Positions 9,165 through 17,417 of a DNA stretch of 28,396 nt are shown in pieces. Position 1 is the first letter of the stretch, and the number at the start of each line of letters is the position of its first letter. The translations under genes were made by a program, and so were the position numbers. The notes beneath the pieces were generated by a model, which saw only the letters and a program-made list of their open reading frames with translations, searched no databases and was not told where the DNA came from. The stretch is from a virus (Duplodnaviria; Caudoviricetes), in IMG/VR virus record IMGVR_UViG_3300043220_000068, positions 1-28,396 of that record. The stretch is one strand, 5' to 3'.

Positions 9165-9504
9165 GGCTGACGTTGCCTCCTACCAACCGAATTCCCGCCC
9201 CCATCATTGCGGCCTGCTGATCGGGCGTTTGCTGGACCGGCTTCTCTTTTTTGTCGTCCATCTGGGGGTCGAGCAATTTCGGGTCAACCGGCTTTTCCTT
9301 TGTGCTCAGCATCGCCGCGAACCCGCGCTTGCAAATTTCAATCAGCCGGTCCAGTGGGTCCATCTCCTCTTCGTAGTACGCTTCCCATTTCGCGAGCTGT
9401 CGTGGCGTGATCGAGTGCATCATGCCGTCCACGTTCAAGGTCTTCGCGACACGAGACGCCAACCGGTGGGCTAAGAGCTGGCCGGCGTCCCCTGCAAGTT
9501 TTTT
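9145..9504 (-). CDS. tail assembly chaperone gpT-like extension (C-terminal part of the G-T frameshift product)
   Basis: The -1 frame is open from the slippery site: KKLAGDAGQLLAHRLASRVAKTLNVDGMMHSITPRQLAKWEAYY...; it lies directly before the TMP gene. Confidence 0.8.
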   Translation of the reverse strand, partial: KKLAGDAGQLLAHRLASRVAKTLNVDGMMHSITPRQLAKWEAYYEEEMDPLDRLIEICKRGFAAMLSTKEKPVDPKLLDPQMDDKKEKPVQQTPDQQAAMMGAGIRLVGGNVSRGDRDR

Positions 9505-9899
9505 CGAACGGCGTCCATTTCCTCGGCATCAACGCCGATGTGCAGGGCGCACTGTTCGTAAACGTGTTGCGTGTCGGCCGCGTCCCACTTGTCTTTGATG
9601 TTCTGAACATCGGCCCTGGTCATTAGCCGGTTCCCGTTCTCATCGACAACACACAGGACGATTAAGCGTTCGACGGCATCTTCAACCCGTGCCATGATGA
9701 CGCGCCCCTTCGAGCTGAACATCTGGCGTTCGTGCGTCGCGAATTCGCCGGCCGTCAACGAGACAATGCGAAACCGCATCTGACTCACGGGCGTTAGGTC
9801 GATGATCTTAAACCGCCGCTTCGCCGGCCTGACAAACAAGTCTTCTGCCTTGGTCAGCTTGCTTCCGTTGGTGGTAGCGGGCGATTGGTCCTCGGACAC
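9471..9899 (-). CDS. tail assembly chaperone gpG-like, about 142 aa
   Basis: GTG 9899 with AAGGAG RBS; RLIVLCVVDENGNRL motif; between tail tube and TMP; ends just after a slippery heptamer. Confidence 0.82.
   Translation of the reverse strand: MSEDQSPATTNGSKLTKAEDLFVRPAKRRFKIIDLTPVSQMRFRIVSLTAGEFATHERQMFSSKGRVIMARVEDAVERLIVLCVVDENGNRLMTRADVQNIKDKWDAADTQHVYEQCALHIGVDAEEMDAVRKNLQGTPASS
9498..9504 (-). promoter_or_regulatory. programmed -1 ribosomal frameshift site A AAA AAC
   Basis: Minus strand reads CGA AAA AAC TTG near the end of gpG. The XXXYYYZ heptamer is in phase, and a -1 shift enters the 9145 ORF. Confidence 0.85.
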
Positions 9900-10017
9900 G
9901 TCTCGTCTCCTTTGAAAAACGGTCAAGACTCTCCCTGGCTTTGGCAAACCCGTCAGCGAATCGCTTGGTATCTACCGTTAGGTGGATCACGTCAGCCTTG
10001 GGTTTCGTCAACGTCAT
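9808..10017 (-). CDS. possible minigene resembling a tape-measure N-terminus
   Basis: VIHLTVDTKRFADGFAKARESLDRF fills the gap 9900-9991 and resembles the TMP start VINLSANTARFRQGMGRANKTL. The 3' part overlaps gpG; the start may be ATG 10017 or GTG 9990. Confidence 0.4.
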   Translation of the reverse strand: MTLTKPKADVIHLTVDTKRFADGFAKARESLDRFSKETRRVRGPIARYHQRKQADQGRRLVCQAGEAAV

Positions 10018-10465
10018 CGTACTCGTCTTCCGCCTCTTCGTCCGGCTCAGTGAAATTCGGACCCGGCTTCATCGTGCCGTCCGGTTTGTAGCCGTCCATA
10101 ATCCCCGCGTCGTACAGTTTGTGGTCGTCGGGATGGATTCCCTTGGTGGCGCGGATCGCAGCGAAGCGGGCCTCGATTAGTTGCTCCGGCGTCCGGCGCA
10201 CCATCTTCTCGCACTCTTCGTCTACCGCCTCGGCGTAGCCCATGCGGACCAACAGGTGCGCCTTGGGCTTGCCATCGGAACCGACATTGTCGAATTCGTA
10301 CCCCTTGGGCAACCACTGCGAGCGTTGCTTGACGGGCCCGCCGCACTCGGGACACTTGGCCATGGGGGGGGCGTTCCCTTCAGCAGGACAATCGTCGCAC
10401 CGCCACGGTCCGGGATATTTTTCGCAGATCGTCGCCTCTAACGGGATCAGCAGCCTGCATAACAC
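9992..10465 (-). CDS. hypothetical protein with zinc ribbon (CDDC...CPECGG) and acidic tail, 157 aa
   Basis: GAAGGAGAG RBS before a GTG start; two CxxC pairs; sits between tail tube and chaperone. Confidence 0.7.
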   Translation of the reverse strand: MLCRLLIPLEATICEKYPGPWRCDDCPAEGNAPPMAKCPECGGPVKQRSQWLPKGYEFDNVGSDGKPKAHLLVRMGYAEAVDEECEKMVRRTPEQLIEARFAAIRATKGIHPDDHKLYDAGIMDGYKPDGTMKPGPNFTEPDEEAEDEYDDVDETQG

Positions 10466-10482
10466 GTTTCTCTCCTTCTCGA

Positions 10483-10896
10483 TTAAGCGTAACCGGCAAC
10501 ACCGTCGACCTTCAGTGCAAACGTCGCCTTGAGGCCGTCACCCAGCGCAGCCGATGGCGAAAATGAAAAACCCGTGGCGTTAAACGTCCAGGTGGTCGGC
10601 GCGACGTCGGACCAGATGATCGACATCGCCTCCGATGCGTTCGCGGTGATGTGGTCCGTGATCTCCTGATGTGTCGCGTGGACCGGGTCGAAGAACAGCT
10701 CCCCCGAAAAGCTCCCGCCTTCCGTGCTCTTGGATACCTTGTACGGGATCGCGTGGGCCGCGTTGTCGAGCGTGTCGCAGGAGAACGTCAGCGACTCGGC
10801 GTCCGGCCCGTCGATTGAGATCACTTGTGCGATCGTGGTGAGCGTCGTACCCACGGTGATCTTGAGCACGGTTCCCTTGGCTGCTGAATGTGCCAT
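10483..10896 (-). CDS. major tail tube protein, copy 2
   Basis: KGTVL...IAQVISIDGP...DTLD...EGGSFSGELFFDP...WTFNA..SFSPSAALGDGLKATFALKVDG; lambda gpV-like tube pattern and position. Confidence 0.85.
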   Translation of the reverse strand: MAHSAAKGTVLKITVGTTLTTIAQVISIDGPDAESLTFSCDTLDNAAHAIPYKVSKSTEGGSFSGELFFDPVHATHQEITDHITANASEAMSIIWSDVAPTTWTFNATGFSFSPSAALGDGLKATFALKVDGVAGYA

Positions 10897-10911
10897 AGCG
10901 TATCCCTTCCC

Positions 10912-11328
10912 CTACGAGGTATATGAGACGATCCCGTCGAGTTTCATCGCGAACGTGGCCTTGAGCCCGTCACCCAATGCGGCCGACGGCGAAAATGAGA
11001 ACCCGGCCGCGGTGAACGTCCACGGTGTAGACCCCGTGTCGCTCCAAATGATCTTCATGGAGTTCGATGCGTTCGTCGTAATCAAATCAGTGATCGCCTG
11101 GTGATTGGCCAGCACCGGATCGAAGAACAGCTCCCCCGACACGCTCCCGCCCTCGGAACTCCCCGTGCCCTTGTACGGGATCGCGTCGCTACCGTTGTCC
11201 AGCGTGTCCGCTGCATAGGTCAGCGACTCGCCGTCCGGGCCGTCCAACGAGATCACCTGCGCGATTGTCGTTAACACCGTACCGATCGAAATCTGGAGTA
11301 CGGTTCCTTTTGCTGCTGAAAATGCCAT
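10912..11328 (-). CDS. major tail tube protein, copy 1
   Basis: Colinear paralog of 10483..10896 (about 70% identical by eye); GGGAGG RBS. Confidence 0.85.
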   Translation of the reverse strand: MAFSAAKGTVLQISIGTVLTTIAQVISLDGPDGESLTYAADTLDNGSDAIPYKGTGSSEGGSVSGELFFDPVLANHQAITDLITTNASNSMKIIWSDTGSTPWTFTAAGFSFSPSAALGDGLKATFAMKLDGIVSYTS

Positions 11329-11332
11329 ACGC

Positions 11333-11866
11333 CTACCTCCCTTTCCTCGCGTCGCGAAGAATCACTTGACCGACTTTTGCCCGGGCAGCGACCACGGCCG
11401 CCCCTGAAGATGACGCCATGGCCTGGGCCGTCACGTTGCCAAATACGCCTTGGATCCTGCCGGTCGGACTCCCCGAGTCGTGACGTCGTTCCTTTGTGCC
11501 GAGCACGAACCAGTGGATGTTCCGAACACTGGCGCCGACGCCACCGCTACTACTGGTCGTCCGCTTGTCCTGCTTGGCCTTCTTCTTGCCGACCTTGAAC
11601 CCGAGCTTTGCGACTTGGGCCGTCGTCACGCCCATGCGGCTCGTACCGCCGCGTTTGAACCGTTTGCCGATCGAACGGCGGGCTTCGCGCTTCAGGTTTG
11701 AATCAACGTCCGTCGCGTTGATGGCCGCCCGCATCCCCTTGTTGAGGACCGTCATGCTCGCGTTGATCCCGGCAGTCATCGCCCGCTTGGCCACCCGTGT
11801 TCCCAGGTGCCTCAGCTTGCGCTGGATTTGCTTGTCGCCGGTGACTGTTGCGAGCTGTAGCGTCAT
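11333..11866 (-). CDS. HK97 gp10-like neck/tail completion protein, about 177 aa
   Basis: Basic protein starting MTLQLATVTGDKQIQRKLRHL, with HWFVLGTKER (the H..E.GT-like motif); ATGA overlap with the upstream gene. Confidence 0.7.
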   Translation of the reverse strand: MTLQLATVTGDKQIQRKLRHLGTRVAKRAMTAGINASMTVLNKGMRAAINATDVDSNLKREARRSIGKRFKRGGTSRMGVTTAQVAKLGFKVGKKKAKQDKRTTSSSGGVGASVRNIHWFVLGTKERRHDSGSPTGRIQGVFGNVTAQAMASSSGAAVVAARAKVGQVILRDARKGR

Positions 11867-12306
11867 GCCGTTACCAATGCCGTACACTGAAAGCTCATGT
11901 TCACGTCGTACCAGCGCCGATCGCTCTTGTCGTCGCGTGGCGTGCGGCTCGGCACGATGTCCTCAAGCCAAGCGTCAAGCCTCGTCGAGAGCACCGTACC
12001 GCCATATCCGTGTAGGCCGGTTCCGGGATCAGTCCCGTTGAGTCGAACCGCCGTGGCCAACGCCCGCGACTTCTTTCGCGTCGTGTCGCGGCAAATGAGA
12101 TTCACGTCGTCGTACATCCGCCCACTCGTGCCGGTCAGATCGTTCGGGTATCGTTCGTCGTCAATCTCAATGATGATTGCCGGGAGCGTTTCGCCCTGCC
12201 TTAGGTTGTCGGCCCGGATGCGTGCGCTGCTGCCCGTGCCGACAAGTGCCGTCACGCTGTTGAACGTGAGGAGCGCCGCTCGGACTAATTCCTCCATCTC
12301 GGCCAT
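11863..12306 (-). CDS. tail terminator/completion protein (DUF3168 / SPP1 gp17-like)
   Basis: EELVRAALL...VTALVG...RI...LPAIII...ALATAVR...LHGYGG pattern and position. Confidence 0.75.
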   Translation of the reverse strand: MAEMEELVRAALLTFNSVTALVGTGSSARIRADNLRQGETLPAIIIEIDDERYPNDLTGTSGRMYDDVNLICRDTTRKKSRALATAVRLNGTDPGTGLHGYGGTVLSTRLDAWLEDIVPSRTPRDDKSDRRWYDVNMSFQCTALVTA

Positions 12307-12572
12307 TAGTAACCACGCACTTGATCTGAGGGAGATGGCGGAAGCACTGCTGCTTTCTCGGCATCCACCGGCATCGTTTTGCGCTCGACGAACTCATATT
12401 CTGTCGCCAGCCTCTTCAGCTCATTAACAAACCCATCTGCTGAATCCGGCTCAACAAACCTTGTGACCGTAACCGTGACTGCCTTATTTGGACGAATGTC
12501 AATCACGAGACTTGCAACAAGGCCCAGCGCCTCGCATAGCTGCACTCCAATATCCTTACCGAGAATAGGCAT
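12306..12572 (-). CDS. hypothetical protein inserted in the neck module, 88 aa
   Basis: ORF track; coupled to both neighbours; lower GC than flanks. Confidence 0.65.
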   Translation of the reverse strand: MPILGKDIGVQLCEALGLVASLVIDIRPNKAVTVTVTRFVEPDSADGFVNELKRLATEYEFVERKTMPVDAEKAAVLPPSPSDQVRGY

Positions 12573-12573
12573 T

Positions 12574-12957
12574 TCACACCCGCTCGTTACAGTCCAACTG
12601 AACCTCCACCCGCCGCAACCCCACGTCGATCACACTCTCGATATCCAGTCGCGTCCCGTCCGGCAGCGTCAACCACATTGCCGGCGTGAAGGTTCGCGTC
12701 AGGCTGTCGGAGTGCATCCTCACTTCGTGTGTCACGTCGGCTTGCGTTTGCCCGGCCATCGTGCGCTCGCCCGTTCTCGTTCGTCCGGCGCCCGTCACCG
12801 GCAGCACGCTTGCCCAGCGACGCGCGACAAGGGTTTTCGCATCCGGGTCCTCGTCCTGTCCGTCGGCATTTACCGTTGGTGAACTCGGCCGCTTGTAAAT
12901 CGTCACCCGCTGGTCGTATTGCCCCGGGTCAGTCCCCGGCAATCTCCTGCGCGCCAT
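12574..12957 (-). CDS. head closure / head-tail joining protein (SPP1 gp16-like)
   Basis: PGQYDQRVTI...WASVLPV.G...E...THEVRM...AMWL...RLDIESV...LDCNE. Confidence 0.85.
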   Translation of the reverse strand: MARRRLPGTDPGQYDQRVTIYKRPSSPTVNADGQDEDPDAKTLVARRWASVLPVTGAGRTRTGERTMAGQTQADVTHEVRMHSDSLTRTFTPAMWLTLPDGTRLDIESVIDVGLRRVEVQLDCNERV

Positions 12958-12962
12958 TGCTT

Positions 12963-13538
12963 CTACCCAACCGGCACAAATCGCCGAACGCTGTACGGTG
13001 ACAGGTAATCCGAAAACGCCTGTGGCAACTCTCCGCCTTCACGATTTCGATAGAACCACGCCGCGTGGAACCGGATCGCCTGCCTGATCTTCGCGGGGAT
13101 CGTCTTCGGGTCGTCTGCCTGCACGCCGTAGCCGCAAATAAAACGCACGTACACCGAATCCGGGTGGCCGTACGGCACGGGCCACGACTGGTTGTACTTG
13201 AGCCGGACGATCCCGATCCCGTCCTCTTCGCCCAACTCCCACACGTCCGTCGACAACGTCTGCTCCGAGCCGTCGGTGTCCAGGTACTTCACATTCGTGA
13301 CCGACGGAACCGGCGGGTACCACAAGGTCAAAGGATTGGCGAACCCATCAAAATACTGGTCCCAAGTTTGGGTGACGATGCGCCGCCACGTCTCCGACTC
13401 GGCCTCCTCTTCAGCCGCCGCCAACAGGTCCCCGATGTACGTCTCTTCATCGCTCCCGCCGAGGCGGGTGTGTGTTTGAAACTCCTCGACGGTGACGGCG
13501 GGGAGCACTGGTGCGGTGATGAGGGTGAGTTTTGCCAT
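12963..13538 (-). CDS. head-tail connector / adaptor (HK97 gp6, phiE125 gp8-like)
   Basis: LITAPVLPAVTVEEFQTHTRL...ETWRRIVTQTW...VRFICGYG...PAKIRQAI...AWFYRNRE. Confidence 0.9.
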   Translation of the reverse strand: MAKLTLITAPVLPAVTVEEFQTHTRLGGSDEETYIGDLLAAAEEEAESETWRRIVTQTWDQYFDGFANPLTLWYPPVPSVTNVKYLDTDGSEQTLSTDVWELGEEDGIGIVRLKYNQSWPVPYGHPDSVYVRFICGYGVQADDPKTIPAKIRQAIRFHAAWFYRNREGGELPQAFSDYLSPYSVRRFVPVG

Positions 13539-13558
13539 GGCTTACTCGGAAGTTCGCC

Positions 13559-14137
13559 TTACACTTGGATGCGCCACCAGGCCGCGCCCACGGTAAAGGT
13601 GTCGCCAACCACCCCCGACGAAACGTGCAGGCTCAAGGCAGCCTTCGGCCGCACAATCAACCGACCATGACATTCCCATTCAGTTCCGCCGCCGGGCAGG
13701 GCGCCCACCTCTTCGACTTCACCGAAGCCGCCGACCGGAAACCAGCCGTCGTCGAGAACCGTCCCATCGACTTCCGCGCGAACGGTGCTGTTGTCCGGCT
13801 CGCGACCGTCACCAGTGCCTCGCAGCGTGATAATCTCATTTGCCGGCTTCGCCACGTTGATCGGCTGCGTGTGGTTGCAGTACCACAACTGGTACATGGC
13901 CTGGGCCGTATCCGAAACGAGCTGGAAGCAGAATAGCCGGTCAATCACCAGCGTCTTGCCGCCCGGGGCTTCACCGTTGAAAATCGTAATCAGGGACGCT
14001 GTCGTCGGCCGAAGAATCAGCGCGGCAACGGCCGAGGTGGTCATAGCTGACTCGTGGTATTGAGCGAGCCGAGCCTTGCCCAGCGGGCCCTGCGTGTCGA
14101 GCAACGCGGTCAGCAATTCGTCTGTCTTCATTCCCAT
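13559..14137 (-). CDS. hypothetical virion-associated protein, copy 2 (192 aa, beta-rich)
   Basis: AAGGAG RBS; gap-free paralog of 14199..14777. Confidence 0.75.
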   Translation of the reverse strand: MGMKTDELLTALLDTQGPLGKARLAQYHESAMTTSAVAALILRPTTASLITIFNGEAPGGKTLVIDRLFCFQLVSDTAQAMYQLWYCNHTQPINVAKPANEIITLRGTGDGREPDNSTVRAEVDGTVLDDGWFPVGGFGEVEEVGALPGGGTEWECHGRLIVRPKAALSLHVSSGVVGDTFTVGAAWWRIQV

Positions 14138-14198
14138 TTCGTTCTCCTTGCACTCCTCGTTGTCGGAGCGTCTCGGTTGGGTTTAACTGGTCACCGCT

Positions 14199-14777
14199 CT
14201 AGACGTGCATCCGCCACCAGGATGCGCCCACGGTAAAATCTTCGTTAATCGTGCCCGCCGAAACGTGCAAGCTCAAGGCGGCCTTCGGTTGAACAATCAG
14301 CCTGCCGTCGCATTCCCATTCGGTGCCGCCGCCGGGGAGAACGCCGGCCTCTTCCGCCTCGCCCCAGCCACCAACGGGAAACCAGCCGTCGTCGAGAACC
14401 GTCGCCCCAACGTTAACCCGTACAGTTCCGAGGTCTGGCTCGCGACCGTCACCAGTGCCTCGCAGCGTTGTGATGTCGTTTGCCGGCTTCGCCACGTTGA
14501 TGAGCTGGGTATGGTTGCAGTACCACAACTGAAACATGGCTTGCGCCCCGCCCGACACAAACTGGAAGCAGAACAGCCGGTCTATCACCAATGACTTGCC
14601 GCCAAGCGCCTCGCCGTTGAAGATAGTAACCAAGGCCGTGGTCGTCGGCCGAGCAACCAACCCGGCAACGGCCGAGGCGGTTATGGCCGACTCGTGGTGC
14701 TGAGCTAATCGGGCATATCCCAGCGGGCCCTGCGCGTCGAGCAACTGTTGCAGTAGTTCATCCGTTTTCGTTCCCAT
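14199..14777 (-). CDS. hypothetical virion-associated protein, copy 1 (192 aa, beta-rich)
   Basis: AAGGAG RBS; about three quarters identical by eye to 13559..14137. Confidence 0.75.
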   Translation of the reverse strand: MGTKTDELLQQLLDAQGPLGYARLAQHHESAITASAVAGLVARPTTTALVTIFNGEALGGKSLVIDRLFCFQFVSGGAQAMFQLWYCNHTQLINVAKPANDITTLRGTGDGREPDLGTVRVNVGATVLDDGWFPVGGWGEAEEAGVLPGGGTEWECDGRLIVQPKAALSLHVSAGTINEDFTVGASWWRMHV

Positions 14778-14815
14778 CTCACTCTCCTTTCGCTCCTCGT
14801 TGTCGGAGCATCGGG

Positions 14816-15133
14816 TTATTCAGGTTCCACGTCGTTTTCCCACAGATACTCCTCGTGCCCTCGGTGCGTATCCGAGAGCTTTGCGAGTATCTGTGCATTC
14901 ACTTCAATCAGTTCGGACAGGAACGCCTCAATGGTCTGCTCTTGCCGTACCCATGGCCACGAGCCTCGCCAAATGTAACGCTCCCCCGTGTCCGTCTCAG
15001 TAAAGACAGAGCCAACAGGCGGTGTCTGGATCGGATCGCTGGCCGCGGCTTCAAGGTCGCGGTCACGCCCCGGTTTGACATCCGTGGACAATCCACGAAA
15101 CCGTTTCGTGGTAGTTTCGAGCTGGACGGCCAT
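14816..15133 (-). CDS. small fibre/whisker-like protein with C-terminal coiled coil, 105 aa
   Basis: GLSTDVKP...GSVFTETDTGERYIWRG.W motif typical of phage fibre shoulder repeats, then a heptad helix; GGAGGGAG RBS. Confidence 0.55.
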   Translation of the reverse strand: MAVQLETTTKRFRGLSTDVKPGRDRDLEAAASDPIQTPPVGSVFTETDTGERYIWRGSWPWVRQEQTIEAFLSELIEVNAQILAKLSDTHRGHEEYLWENDVEPE

Positions 15134-15145
15134 AGCTCCCTCCGA

Positions 15146-16114
15146 TTACGTTGACTCCGTGTTGACAGGCAGCGCCAACCACTCACCGGCCCCGGCCGTT
15201 GCGTTGTCGTTCATGAACGTCACCTTGTGGTAGCCAAACGGTGTATCCGCGGCCATCGTGATGAAGTTGCCGATCGTCGTGGCATCCGCAGCGTCCGGCA
15301 CGTTCCAGGCACAGCGGTGCATCCCGCCGGTTGCCGCCGCGACGATCGTGGCCACATCGGCCGCCGCCAACGCCTGCTCACCGTAGCAGTCAAGAATCCA
15401 GAGGTTTTTGACCGGGCTGGTCTTGTTGTGAAAAATCGAAGTCTCGAACTCGCCGATGAAAACGCACTCCTGGATCAGGATGTTTTCGCTGTCGACGATG
15501 TAGAAACATCCAGTGTTTACGGCGTCGTCACCTCCGGTCGCCTCCGGATCTGTTGGCTGACGGAACACGCAACGACGGAATGTGAAGTAATCCTTCGTCG
15601 TTGCGATGTTGATAAAATTGTGGCACTCCAAGGCGCTTGACGTGACGAACTCGCAGTCCTCCATCGTCAAGTTTTCGCTGTTCGCGTCGATCATCACCTG
15701 TAGGGCGTCGATAGCCGAGACGAACCGGAGACCCGAGATATAGATGTCGTCGGCGTCAATATCCACGTCTGAAGTTGTAGCCGTAAACGAGATCGTGGGC
15801 CGGTTGTTCCCGTTGCCGAGGCCGATGATCGACAAGCCGATCTTGTCCACGTCAATGCCGCCGATCGTAATGCTCTCGGCATGGCCCGGCATCACGAAAA
15901 TAATATCGCCTTGGCTTGCGGTCGCCAAGCCGATCGCGTAGTCAATCGTTGCGACCGGGCTGTCGGGGTGCGTACCGTACCCGAGTCCGTCAGTGCCGGT
16001 GCCGCTGTGGACGTACCAGCGATCGCCAGTCGAAAGGCTTTGGTCCTCGACGTTGAAAACGCCGCCCGGCGTGTGACGGACAAACCGCGTAGTTCTTGTT
16101 CCTGTCGTTGCCAT
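15146..16114 (-). CDS. right-handed beta-helix (pectin-lyase-like) protein, copy 2, about 322 aa
   Basis: ATG 16114 with AAGGAG RBS; WYVHSGTGTDG..G..PDSPVATIDYA...GDIIFVMPGH N-cap, then repeats of the I.DC.F / FRRCVF type. Confidence 0.75.
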   Translation of the reverse strand: MATTGTRTTRFVRHTPGGVFNVEDQSLSTGDRWYVHSGTGTDGLGYGTHPDSPVATIDYAIGLATASQGDIIFVMPGHAESITIGGIDVDKIGLSIIGLGNGNNRPTISFTATTSDVDIDADDIYISGLRFVSAIDALQVMIDANSENLTMEDCEFVTSSALECHNFINIATTKDYFTFRRCVFRQPTDPEATGGDDAVNTGCFYIVDSENILIQECVFIGEFETSIFHNKTSPVKNLWILDCYGEQALAAADVATIVAAATGGMHRCAWNVPDAADATTIGNFITMAADTPFGYHKVTFMNDNATAGAGEWLALPVNTEST

Positions 16115-16125
16115 GGGCGGGCTCC

Positions 16126-17073
16126 TTATGCCATCGCGGCGTTGACGGGCGATGCTGCCCATTCGCCGGCGTTGTTATCGTTCATGAACGTAACATCGTG
16201 GTAGCCGAAGAACGTATCGAGCACCATCGTGATAAAGCTGCCGATGGTCGTATTGTCCGCAGCGTCCGGCACGTTCCACGAACAGCGCACCATGCCGCCG
16301 GTCGTGGCAAGAACGATTGTTGCCACATCGGCGCCGGCCAGAGCCTGCTCACCGTAGCAGTCAGTGATCCAGAGGTTTGTGGCGGCCGTTGTCTTATTGT
16401 GGAAAATGCTCGACTCGAACTCGCCGAGGAACGTGCATTGGTCAATCGTGATGTTCTCGCTATCCTCAAAGTAGAAACACCCCGTATTGTCCCCGTGGTT
16501 CGATCCATCGGGATCTGTTGGCTGACGGAACACACAACGCCGGAATGTGAAAAAGTCTTTCGTCGTCGCGATGTTGATGAAGTTGTACGCCTCATTCGCG
16601 CTCGACGTGACAAACTCGCAATCCTCCATCGTGAACCGCTCCTCGTTCACGTCGATGAACCAGGCGAGGTTATTGACGCTCGACACGAACCGCAGGCCCG
16701 AGATGCAGACATCGGTGGCGTCGATATCCACGTCTGACCCCGTAGCGCTGAACGTGATCGTCGGGCGGTTGTTCTCGATACCGAGGCCGATGATCGATAG
16801 GCCGATCACGTCTGCGACAATGCCGGCCGCCGCGATCGTTTCCGCATGGCCGGGCATGACGAACACGATGTCACCGACGCTGGCCACACACTTGTTGATC
16901 GCGGCGTCGATCGTGGCCAGGGCGTCGTCGGGGCCCTCACCACTGTTGGCCGTGTCGGAGCCCGTACCGCTATGAACCCACCATCGAGTTCCGGTGGTCA
17001 TTCGCAGGTCTTCGACGTTGTAAAGGCCGCCCTGCGACTTACGGTTGGAGAGTGGCGTTTTTTTCCCTGCCAT
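16126..17073 (-). CDS. right-handed beta-helix (pectin-lyase-like) protein, copy 1, 315 aa
   Basis: Colinear paralog of 15146..16114, sharing identical DNA blocks of 20+ nt; AAGGAG RBS. Confidence 0.75.
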   Translation of the reverse strand: MAGKKTPLSNRKSQGGLYNVEDLRMTTGTRWWVHSGTGSDTANSGEGPDDALATIDAAINKCVASVGDIVFVMPGHAETIAAAGIVADVIGLSIIGLGIENNRPTITFSATGSDVDIDATDVCISGLRFVSSVNNLAWFIDVNEERFTMEDCEFVTSSANEAYNFINIATTKDFFTFRRCVFRQPTDPDGSNHGDNTGCFYFEDSENITIDQCTFLGEFESSIFHNKTTAATNLWITDCYGEQALAGADVATIVLATTGGMVRCSWNVPDAADNTTIGSFITMVLDTFFGYHDVTFMNDNNAGEWAASPVNAAMA

Positions 17074-17100
17074 CTCGGGGTTCTCCTTTGTTGGCGATGG

Positions 17101-17400
17101 TTATTGGGATGCCTGCGAATCGTCCGCAGGTACGTCAGTCTCCCCTGGCGTGGCCGCAGAGGGGCTTTCGGCCACCAGCGCAGCTTCGGCCTCTTCTCGT
17201 GCTTTCACCTCTTCCGCCTCCATCTCGGCGGCCAGGGAGGCTTCGTATGTTTGCAAAAACATGCCCGCTGCATTGAATGCCTCCTGGGTCCAATGCTCTG
17301 CCGTTCGCCCGTTACCCGCCCCGTACAGATTCACGAAAAGCCGGGCCGCAAGTTCCCGCCTGTCCACGGACGAAACGCCTTTTTTCTTTGCGGTCGCCAT
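17101..17400 (-). CDS. hypothetical protein, 99 aa, acidic C-terminus
   Basis: ORF track; GGAG RBS; fits operon packing. Confidence 0.65.
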   Translation of the reverse strand: MATAKKKGVSSVDRRELAARLFVNLYGAGNGRTAEHWTQEAFNAAGMFLQTYEASLAAEMEAEEVKAREEAEAALVAESPSAATPGETDVPADDSQASQ

Positions 17401-17417
17401 TGCTCCGCCTTCCGTTG

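Larger units (their letters stand above)
13559..14809. repeat. diverged tandem duplication with a 640-bp period (gene plus leader hairpin)
   Basis: Starts 14137/14777, stops 13559/14199 and the 17-mer CTCCTCGTTGTCGGAGC at 14153/14793 are all offset by exactly 640. Confidence 0.9.

Noticed and set aside
13559-17073. Diversity-generating retroelement TR/VR pairs among the duplicated genes
   Set aside because: Differences inspected in the 192-aa pair involve all four bases and are often synonymous, all copies are full ORFs, and no reverse transcriptase is in the window.
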